DNA of 64,000 bases from Lama guanicoe (Eukaryota), in assembly GCA_013239625.1 (NCBI GenBank), contig MU053376.1:1264833-1328832 (forward strand), read 5' to 3'. Shown one piece after another: positions 26,517-37,495 of the stretch. Made by a program: the position numbers and the translations under genes. The notes under the pieces were generated by a model that was given only the letters and a program-made list of their open reading frames with translations, was not told the origin of the DNA and ran no database searches. Position 1 is the first letter of the stretch; every line of letters starts with the position of its first letter.

Positions 26517-27331
26517 TAGGCCACTCAGGGGGTGTCCTGAGGGCCAGGACAGAGGAGCTCTGGAAAGAGAAATAGGCCGTTCCAACTTTAGATTTACCTC
26601 CTGATTGAGCAACAGTGCCTGGTACTCAGGTGTAGGTGGGAGGAGAGGGGAGCTGAATCAGAGAGTATATGTTTATGTAAGTAGAAATATACATAGCTTT
26701 TCCAACTAAAACCCTACTGGATGGGGATCAAGCAGGCGTTACATTGTCAAGAGCAGTGAACCAGGAACCCAAGGGTAGCACTAATCTGGGGAGTGATGGA
26801 GGAGCACACGCTACCCACTCCCAGGCTGCCTAGGTTCAAATCCCAATTCTAATGTTTACTACCTGTGTGACCCTGGGCAAGGTACTTAACCTCTCTGTGT
26901 TTCAATTTCTTCAACTTTAAAATAGGAACAATGATAGCGTCTATCTCCATAGGACTGTGTAAGTATTAGATGAATTGATACATGAAAAGCTGGTAGAACA
27001 GTGGTGGCGTATGGAAAGTACTTAATAAATATTAGCAATTAATGTTATTATCTTTAAAACCACACTGCGTGGGAAACTTCCCAAGTTCCTCCTTCCCATG
27101 AGGAGGCCTCAAGATCTCAGCCTGAGAACTCAGAAAGGTAACAGCCATGTCAGATCAGCCACTGGGAGAAGGGTTCTGGCAGAAGCTCAGCACATCATGC
27201 CATCCCAAGAGCCTCAGATTTCAGAGGCCATGCCGATGGTAGGGTCAGAGGGCATATGGTTCCCTACCCTAATTCCCCTTCTACCTGACCAGTGTCCAGC
27301 ACCTCCCTTTATCAGTTTCCAGAAGGAAATA

Positions 27332-27332
<1 letters not shown>

Positions 27333-27364
<32 letters not shown>
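27333..27364. repeat. (TG)16 microsatellite
   Basis: Perfect dinucleotide run. Confidence 0.95.
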
Positions 27365-27367
<3 letters not shown>

Positions 27368-28423
27368 AGAAGCAGGAGGAAGGGCAGGCTGTCTCTTTCC
27401 CTGACCACCCCAGTTTGTCTCTGATCCTGAATCAAATGATATGATGGAAAGATCCCTGGGCTGGGCATTAGGACACCCAGGTTCCAGTCCTGGCTGTGTG
27501 ACTTTGGGTGACTTACTTTCCCTCTCTGACCTCAGTTTCTCAAAAGTTCCTTCTGGCTCTGATATTTCACGGACTTTGGTTGGGCTTATGACTCCTCTCC
27601 CTGGCCCTGCAACTGCACCCCAGACTCCCCTTCCACTGTCTTCTCCCCCATCCTCCCTCACCCAACTCCAGCATCCTTGTAAAAGGCTCTTAGACCTAGA
27701 AATGGGGTAAGTCTTCTTTTGAGAGCAGACGAGAGAAGACAGACAGCCTCCCAGCCTATCAGTTTCCCTTCCCCTGCAGGGTGCTTCTCAGGGTTCAGTA
27801 GGTGGGCCCAGACTGCCAGTTTAGCAAACGGCTGGGCCCCTGGGAACTGGAGTCTAAAAACAGCTAAGGGGCAGATGGCAGTGGAGGTCAGACGCCTCGG
27901 AGCAGAACAGCCGGCACTGAGGGGGGGTGGCCTCTGGCTCCGCCTCGGGTTCCAGTGCTGGGACCTGCCTGCCCTGGCCATCATTTCCAGCCTTACTGCT
28001 CAGATCTCAGTCTCTGTCCTGGCCTGCAACACTTACTCCAGGAGTGGAGAGGGGGCCATGACACCCGGGGACCCAGTGGAAGAAGGGGACCAGGGGAATT
28101 GCAAGCTGCCGAACTCTCAGAGCTTTAATCCCAATTTGGGGGCGGGGGCTGCTGGCATCAGGGAGACGGCGCTGACCGCCCGGAGCCCGGGCTCACGGTG
28201 CTCCCCAGATCAAGGGGTGGGAGACCTTCTCCTGCCCCCTGGAGGTGCTGGAGGCCAAAGTGAGACGTGGTTCTCTCTGCTTTCTCTGATTTCTCATGAG
28301 CAACAGGCAGGGGCAGGGAGGGTGGGCAGAGAAACTTATCCTGGGCCTAGAAAAGCATGAAATGATGAAATGGCAGCTTGTTCTAGAGTGTGCGATTCAG
28401 GGAACTGAACCCAGACCAATTAG

Positions 28424-28620
28424 CGGGATTGGCTAGATAATTCTGGGGACCCAACACAACATGAAAATACTGGGCCCCTTGTTCAAAAAGCATTTAACAA
28501 TTTCAAGAAGGCAACAATAAAGCGTTAGACCAAGAGTGGAGCCTTCTGAGTGTGGGGCCCTTCTGAGCACAGGGCCCTGTGCGACAACTCATGGTCACGT
28601 GCCCATGAGGCCAGCCCTGC
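28424..28620 (-). mobile_element. MER91A-like hAT-Tip100 element
   Basis: GGGCCCCTTGTTCAAAAA...GGGCCCTTCTGAGCACAGGGCCCTGTGCGAC...GCCCATGAGGCCAGCCCTG. Confidence 0.7.
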
Positions 28621-29485
28621 CAGGGACTACGATTTATTAAGCACCTACTATGTGCTAGATGCCCTCATTTAGTTCTCAAATAATGTTATGAGGCAGGTGT
28701 GATTAGGTCCTCTGTATGGATTTAGCAAATTTAGGCTCAGAGAAGTTAAACTCCTGGCCCAAGCTCACACAGGCTAGTGAGTGGTATCTGAATCCAGATT
28801 TTTCTGAGGCCAGAAGCTGTGCTCTTCTCTTGAGTGGTGCTGCCTCTGATGTGCAGTCTCCGGGGGACGGCCAGGATCACTGCGTCTGAGTGTGGGCACT
28901 CTGAGGTTGTGACAGACACTCCTTCCCCCCGGCCTACCTGCCCTGTGCTGGGCTGTGATGGCTGGAGGGGGCCTGGAGCCTGGCTTGAGCATCCAGGCTT
29001 TGCAGAAAGCACAGCTGCTCTGGATTCAAACCTGGATTTGTACTCACCTTTGCCTCTCACTAGGGGACTGGGAAATTCATTTGACATCTCATAAGCCTCA
29101 GTTTCCTCATCTGTGAAATGGAGAGCAGTGGCTACTTCATGTTATCATGAGGATTAACCATATCTATATAAGGTGCCTGACTTGAAGCAGACACCCAGTA
29201 AAGTAAATCTTCATCAGGAAAACACATTGGCTGCCACCACCCCCCTCCCTCCACCCCGCCCCTCTGTTTTCTCTTTCTTCTGCAAGCCCCCACCCCTTCC
29301 CCACCCCCCACTTCTCTTCTTTGAAGCAACCTAAACTCACTCCAGGCCTGGCTGGCGAGGGAGATTTCCCAGCTGCCTCGCCCTTAAAGAACCTGGCAGG
29401 GCACACTGGGTTTCAAGGTTTAACTGAATCACGCCAAAGAGAATACTGATGCCTAATGTGGGGGAATTAGCAAGTTTCTGGATGC

Positions 29486-29637
29486 CTTTTGTTGTTGTTT
29501 TTGTTTTGTGGGGGGATGGCGGGGGGTCATTGGTTTGTTTGTTTGTTTACTGCTATTTAATGGAGGTAATGGGGGTTGAACCCAGGACCTTATGTGTGCT
29601 AAGCATGCCGTCTACCACTGAGTTCCACCCTCCCCAT
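29486..29637 (-). mobile_element. tRNA-derived SINE (vic-1-like)
   Basis: TGGAGGTAATGGGGGTTGAACCCAGGACC...CTACCACTGAG; TSD CA[A/G]GTTTCTGGAT[G/T]C at 29471-29485 / 29638-29652. Confidence 0.85.
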
Positions 29638-32600
29638 CAGGTTTCTGGATTCTTACAGAGCCTTCGTGCATCTGACTCCTTTCTGGGGCAGCAGCCGCCA
29701 GCCCTGTTGCTCAGGGGCCACCTGCTCTCATTCTTCAGTGGGGTCTCACCCCAGCCCCCCACTTTCCTCCTCCCTGTCCCCATTCAGGGAAAAGCAGGCT
29801 AGCTGCTTCCTGCAGAGAGGCCGCCTTGCCCTGGGCGCCTGGCCTGGGCAGGACCTGGGGGCCTTCTTATCACGAGGGAGAGGTTTCTGACAGCTCCTGG
29901 GTGAGGTCCCTCACCTATTTGACTTCCACCCCTCTCGGGGACAGTTCCCTGGGGACAAAGTCCCCTTCTAGTCCCTCCAGGCCCATGCCAAGTAGAGGAG
30001 GGAGATGGTTGCGTGGAGGGGCACCTGAGGTCTGAGAAACGCTCTGGTACCCAAGAAGAGAGGGCACATCGTCCCTTCTGCTCCCCTCCCCTCCGCCAGA
30101 ACCCAGCCAGCTGCAGCTTCAGGCTGCCTGGGGTGGCACCTGCCCCTTTGCCCTCTCTCCAGGAGTAAATATTGGATCAGCTTCAGTCACTGGCTGTTTA
30201 GCTAAGAGCGTAGTCATCAGTCCATAAATGGCTGGAATCCTGGGGAAGAAATCCTGAGTGGTATTAATGCCCCCAAGGGACCAGGGGCAAACTCCCTGGG
30301 GCAAACAACAGGCCTAGGGGGCCAGACTGCTCACAGTCCCTTCCCCTGGCTACGCCAGGCACCGCCAGGTACCAACCTGTGAGGCCGGGCTGTCACCCGG
30401 AGTAGCTGCTCTGCTGGAAGAGGTCTTTCCTGCCAGGTCGTCTGGCACTCAGGTCTGATCTGGGGTGGCCGTGTGTATTCAGGCCTCGTACTTGGTCACA
30501 CCTGCTCACTCAGGGAGACTTACCTGCGCTGCGTAGCCACTCAGGTGCGCACTCACCTGGTAGTACCTGACAATCGGACGTATTTTGATTGGACCTGCTT
30601 GTTCATTCGCCTGGAGGGGCCCAGGCCTAGCTGATCATTCAGGTATATCCGAGCCGAGCAGTCCTGGGATCTGCCCCATCACTCAGATAGGGCGTGTCCC
30701 TGGGAGGCCCTGGTAACCCACACCATTCTGGTCAGGGGCTCAGCCCAGAGAAAAAGGGACTGTGAGTGTAACCCTCTACTTCCTCCCTCTGCAGACGTGC
30801 CCCCAACTGTGGGCCTGTCCAGATGGCTTCTGCTTCCTGACCTCTCCCCTCTCCCTGGACCCACTCCCATCCCTCAGGCCACACCTGGCTGCTCTGGAGC
30901 CCCAGCCACTCCCAGGCTCCAGGAAAAGGGGAAGCTGGCCTGGGAGGAACCCCCAGGAAAATGAGCTATGATTCCAGGGAACAAGGGTCCCCCGGCTGGG
31001 TTCACAAGATGTGGTGACAAAGGGCTCCCTGCTGGTCCTGGCAGGATAGGCTGGGCTCAGGAACTGGCTCCTCCAGGCTGAAGTGGAAATGAGACGGTGG
31101 CTTTTCCTCTGCCCTGGGCACCTGCCCCAAGCCTGGCCCAGGGCGGCTGATGGGCTGGGATTCTGAGAGGGGATGAGAGGGGAACGGCCTGCCTGGGCAT
31201 TTCTCGGGCTGTGCCAACCTCAGAGGCCAGCACCATGAGTCACCACTGCAAGGCTGTCCTCACCCCTCCCTCCCTCCCCAGACTGGGGGAGGCTGGAGGG
31301 GTAGCGGTGTTGGCCTGGGGCCAATTAGAGCCAGGATAACCATGGAGGGAGGGGCAGGGCCAGGGTTTCTCTTCTGACTCTCAGCAGAGTTAGTTCCCTG
31401 GGCTCTTGCTGGGCGCTGGCCAGCAGTCCAGCTGCCCAGTTTAACGGAAAACACCTTGCCCATGTAATGGCATCCGCATCTCTCCCAGGCCCCAGTGTCA
31501 GCGGCTCTGGCCTCGGGGTCTCCCTGTCTCTGGTCCCAGTGAACCCGCCTTCCCGCCTGTGCTGCATGTTTCCTCTGCAACGCTGTCCTTCTCCATCAGG
31601 ATCCAGCTGCCCGAGCTGGACCTTGGAGCGCCCATCAACCAGGCCCAGGCCGCCCAGGTTGGGGGAGGGGGACACACAAGAGAACTCTGGAGGGGGGCGT
31701 GGAGCTCCCCAGCCCAGGCCCCTGACAGCTGCCTTCTCTCCAGCCTCCTCTCTCCAACCCCATCCTCACCTGGGCCTGGGGAGCAGCGGTGAGAAGAAGC
31801 CCCGAAGCATCCTCTCCACCTTTAGCTGCGGTCATGGTCAGCTGGAGACACGAGGGTGTCTAGGGCAGGCCCATCACCCGGCACCTCTACGTGAGGACAC
31901 CTCCTGGATTGTTCAGAGTGGCTTCAGAAGAGAGGCCAAGGGCTTTGTGGGCAGGCAGAGAAGGACCGCTGGGCCAGCCTCTGCCCCTCTTGCCTTTGCG
32001 GTCGGTCTGTGCTCCCCACTTGGTAGAGCTAACCCCACCGTCTTGTCACTGGCGCGTTCTTGACCATGAGGGGAGCTCAGCTCTGCCCTGAGAGGCTTGT
32101 CAAATGACTTCTCCTACACACATCTTGTTACATTTCCATCCTGTGCACCTGCCCGCTGGCCCAGCCTTTACTCCAGTTCTGGCCTCGAGAGTCTCTCTGG
32201 GCCATCTTTTCTCTTCCCCTGAGTCCTCCCCCTGCCCCAGCACCCATCCCCATGAGCCCCCATTTGATTGTGAACCAATGGGGGGTGTGTGTGTGGTGCG
32301 TATGTGTGTGTAGTGAGTGGGTGGGATGTTTAGATGTTCTCAGACAAACCTGGAGCAAAGCCTTCACAACCCTCCTCTCTCCTGAAGTCCAACTCAGAAT
32401 GTCTGGGAAGCCAGTGTGGCCTGTTTGCTCTAGGTCCTGGGTGTCCAGGTGGGGAGAAGGTGGGGTCCCTCCCTTTGCCCCATGCCCTTTCACTTCCTTT
32501 CCCTGAGGACTTCCCAAATCTCCTCCCAAGGTCATGGGAGGGCCTGGGACTCGCCACTCACAACGCACACCCATCCAGTTTCCCTTTCCCCGAGCAGGGG

Positions 32601-35600
32601 CCCATCACCGGCCTCACCCTGGCCCTGCCCCTGCCTGCTGCCTCCCTGTCCCCCAGGAGGGGCAGCCGGGCGCCTTGAGGAGACGGGGTTTTGTGTTTAA
32701 TTATGGAGCAGGCGCTTGGCAGTGAGGCAGCTCCGGCAGGGCGTGCAGCATCTCTGGCACCTGGCTAACGAGCCAGTGCCCGGCCGGCTGACAGAGGCAG
32801 GCTCTAATTTATGGGGGCCTAATTGCTGTGGAAGCCACTGCTTTTTAATGCGATCAGGAGCAAAGACCTTTTTTTCCCCCTTTAATCCATCCAACTGGGA
32901 GAGATGGAGTTTCTGTTCTCTCCCAGCATGTTGTTTCAACCTGGACACGCTACTCAGTGGCAGGGGGTGGTCCATTCAAAGTCTTTACTTCTGAGCCACT
33001 GTTTGGAGCAGGATCCTGAGCCACTTGAGAGACGTAGAGAGAAAGTTCAAGGTGCCCTGACTGCCCCTCAGATTAACGCCTCTTCGGCACCTGTCACGGC
33101 GTGCCACACAGTCATTCAGGTCAGTCTCAGCCACTGGACCAGTGGCTCTTAGTCTTTTCTGGATCACAGAGCCCTTTCAGAGTCTCACAAAAGCTCCTCT
33201 CTCTCCCTCTCTCTCTAAGAATAATAGCTAACACTAATTGTCCTCTTAATACGTTCCAACCACTGTGCTAAGTTATTTACAAACATGCTTCATTTAACCC
33301 TCACCATGACCCTATGGGAAAGACACTATATTATCCCCATTTCACAGATTAGGAAATCAAGCCACAGAGTGGCAAGTAATTTGCCAGATCGCACAGATAC
33401 TGCTTGAATCCAGCAGATTGACTCCACTTAAATATGTTCATTTGTAGAGTCTCTCTCTTTTGAAACGTGCGATCTCCATCTCTTGTCTCTCTCTCTCACA
33501 CACACACAGAATCAATATTGGCATGTATGCATGTTCGCAGACTCACTGAAGCCCTCCACTGCTCCAGGGTGCAAAGTCCTTCACGTTCCGGAGACCTGAA
33601 GCAGACTGTGAGATACCTGGGGGCAGGACCTGTACCCAACATCTTGACCACTGGATAGACAGCACTTCTTAATTAGTGCCGACAGGAGGAAGGAGAGGGG
33701 GAGGCGAGGGAGGCAGGGAGGGAGGACGTGAGCCCTGCCTTCAAGAAGTTTAGGATCTAACTAGTTGGACAATATACACAAACTAAAAGAAGACTTTAAA
33801 ATAACAATTCAAAAGAAGAGTGCTCAGCCTCAAGTCCTAGCGGGGTCCACCGTGCTCCCTGGACAAAATACACAGACGCAGAGGATGAGAGGCTGCTGGT
33901 GCTGTGGGGATCGGGGTGGTGGAGGACCACCTGAGTGACAGAGGTGGCAGGCTTGGAGTCCTTCTGTAACAATTCCCCCAGATGCCCACAGTGTTCCTGA
34001 CACCAGCTTTGTTTGCTTTCTCTGTGGAGTCGGGGGGCCGGGAGAGCTCAGCACAGCCTAACAGCTCAGCTGTCACCTGTACCCCCAATCTCCCTTCCCC
34101 TCCCGTCACCCCTCAGGCCCCCACATCAGGCTTCCACCTACCCCCACCTCCAGAACTGCCCTGGTCAAGGTCACCAGTGTTGGTCAGTGACTGACAATCT
34201 CCATCTGCCCAGGACTTTTCACTCTAGAACTAGAAGAATCCCAGGAAAACAGACCATTGGCTTCTCAGTTGCCAGATTCAATGACGCCTGAACCATCTTG
34301 ACCTGTAGGCTCCTCCGGACACCTCTTTCCTTCTTGACATCCTCTCTGCTTCTGGCTCCTGGCTCTTTCTCCACCTCCTTCATCAACTCTGTTCTCTCTG
34401 CCAGTTCAGTTCTTCCACTGTGGTTCTCCAGATCTATTATATGCTAGGTCCTGGGAATACGGAGGCTAATGATGTGGTCTCCAGCTTCAGGAAGCCCATA
34501 GTCCCAAAAAGAAGACAGACACGGAGCCCCTGTGTATCAGGAGACACTCAATGAGAGAAGTGTATAGATGGAACAGACAGGCTTCAGACTGCAGAGTGAT
34601 TCAGGCTGTCAAGGAGGTGGTGACTCCTGAGCTGGGCTTTGAAGAATGAATAGGAGTTGACTAGATACCAGGTAAAGGAGGAAGCCTCTTAGTTGATGAG
34701 AACAACATATGCAAAGCCATGAAGCAGTGAAATACAGCAGGCTTGCAAGAGAGGTTTGATGAAGAGCCCCAGAGCTCCCCCAAATGAGTGGAGAGTGCTG
34801 TGCAAATGTGCTTTTGATTCCAGGAAGGGAGTTCCCCAGCTTTCGTCAGATACTGAAGGAGTCCTTGGGGATCCAAAGGCCCACTGTGGAAAGCTACCAG
34901 ATGCAGCTGGGCAGAGGAGCCCATTGTCAGATTTTTCATTTTTAATTAAGATCCCTCGGGTAGCTGACTGATGGGAGGATTCTGAGGTACAGAAGGGAGA
35001 AGGCAATTCAGCAGTGGGGCACACAGGGTCCAAGGCTCAGCTCTCCCGCCCCGAGCAGAGTCTTCCTAAGGCAGTCTGCCACCCCTCCCAGCACCTGCCT
35101 CCAGGCCCGACCTATGAGTCTGCTGAATATTTCCAGACGTCTCCACCAACGCGCTCTGCAGGCCCCTCAAAGTCCACCTGGCCACAGCTAAAGTCAGCTT
35201 CTGTTCCAGGCAAGCAGCAGACACCAAATAAATGTTTTCAGGTTGAACTCAGTTCCAACTTGACAATGAACTCATGAGCTGGATTTTAGGGTTTGATATC
35301 TTTAGGTCTTTCTGGGGACCAATGCACTCTCTTTTCACTTAAAAATCTAAAAATTCTCCTGGTTTCCTGAAAAGAAAGTATATAGTTCCCATCCTTATTT
35401 ATTAGTTGAAAAGTAATTACATGCTGTGAGCATATATTATAATACAAGTAGGAACAAACTGAGGCTCAGGGCTTAGAAATGGACGTAGAAAGCCCTGGTG
35501 AACCAGCTCTGTCTCTTCTCCCCCTTCCCGCACGGGGAAGCTACTCAGTGGCCTAACCCCAGCCAGCGTTGCCTGCGTCCTCACCCCAATGACTGGTCCG

Positions 35601-37464
35601 GTCTCGTTGCTGAGGGCCACTTCCCATTTTCGCAGCTCTGTGTGGTGGTTTCGTTGCCATGGTAATGCGGCAACCTGATGGTTGTGTGTGTGTACGTGGT
35701 ATGTTTGGGAGGCACTGCTGGATACAGGGGTGGGGTTCTAATTGGTTTAATGGTTGCTAGGGTCAACGGGGCTGTGATTGGCTGACTCCGTGTATGTGCC
35801 CACCCCGTCCCAGAACCCTCTGGGGATGCAGCTGTTGCCCCATCTGAAGTCTGGAGTGGTCACGCGTTGAGTGTGTTAGTGAGTATGTGTGTGCGCGCAC
35901 ATGCACACACATGCACAACTACACACGTGCCTGTACATTTGGCACAAAGAGTGAGGAGAGGACGTGATGCTTGGTGCAGTGAGAAAGTAGAAACTCTCAG
36001 GATCTCTGCTGGAATCACAATGGAATCAGGTAGATGACATTTTTCTCCTACTCACCCCCACTCTGCATAAATCACTGGAAAACAATATCCTGGGTTTATT
36101 CAGAGGAGGAGTAAGAACTGGCTGAGTCCAGCCAAGTCCTGCTTTCCCAATTGGCGAGTACACCCTAAGGAGCTAGGCCACAGGGGGTCAGTCCATGGGC
36201 TGAAGTCTCTCTCTTCTGCCACCCTCCCTCCTCCCTGCCAAGGACATACACACCCTCGAGGAGAGTTTCTCTCTGTTCTTTCTTAGTTTCCCATCTCTCA
36301 TTTTCCCTTGTCTCCTAGAACCCTAAGAAGGGCCCTTTGGACAAACACTAATGATGTCACACACATGCAGGTCTTCTCACACTTTACAAAGCACTTTCAC
36401 ATTCACACCCTCATGTAATCCTCCTGAGAGGCAGGCATTCACATTATTCCCATTTTGCAGAGGAGGAAAACTGAGGCCCATATAAAGGAAATGACTCCTG
36501 CACCTTGGGGGCAGGGTCGGGTCTCTGGGCCTCCCCAAGGCTCCTGCAGGGCTTCTGAGCCTGTGCCTGCGTGGCTGCAGGCAGGGCCAGAAAGGAAAGC
36601 CTGTGGCAGTGTTGCAGGAAGGAGATTCTCCCCTGGCTGAACTCTCCCTGTCTGGATGCTGTGCCTCCTTGGCGGAAAGTGGGGCGGGCTTGAACTTTGG
36701 TTTTTCAGATGCTATTCGAATGCGCTGCCCACACAGTCTGAGAGGGAGAGCTGTTTCCAGCCTCCCCACTCAGCCCTCAGGCACCCAGGGACGCTGTCCT
36801 CTCTGTAGAGCAGCACGTGTCGCTGGCTGTGGGTGGGGAGGAAAGACAGGATCAGAGTGAGGAGTGGGCTGGGCTGCTCCCAGGGGTGAGGGGGGGATGC
36901 ATTGTCATGCTGCCCAGGCCTGCCAGCATGCCACACTAGGGCCACCTAGGGCTGCCCAGGAATGCCACAGACCTTCTCTGCTAGCAAAGGGGAGAGGGCC
37001 TGCAGGGGAGAGGCCTCAGGAGCCGGGGTGCCAGGGGAAACCCCCAGCTGAGAGGGTCTTGTCTGACCCTCTGCAAGGAAGCAGTATCGGGCTGCAGAGA
37101 AGGGAAGCAAGCATTGATCGGGCGCCAAGCTTATATGTCACTGAAACCTCACCACAGCCCCAGGAGAGAGGGACTGTTACCATCTCCACGTTCCAGACCG
37201 GCAGCCCAGGGATGTAAGTAACTGCCCCCAAGGTCACGCAGGCTCTGTGGCTTTCAAGCCCAAGGTCCTGCTTGTGGGGGCAGCAGGGTGGGAGCCCCCC
37301 CTTAGTAGAGGGCCCAGGTCATGCTGCTTCTACGAAGCTGGGCTTGTTGAGAAATACATGGAAAGAAAATTGGCATCGGAGAAGGTGGAGGATGCCTCAG
37401 GGTCTGAAGGAAGTTTTCAGAAGGGCAGAGAGAGGGAGCAGAAAAATTAGGATGACCCAAACAG

Positions 37465-37488
<24 letters not shown>
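37465..37488. repeat. (CA)12 microsatellite
   Basis: Perfect dinucleotide run. Confidence 0.95.
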
Positions 37489-37495
<7 letters not shown>

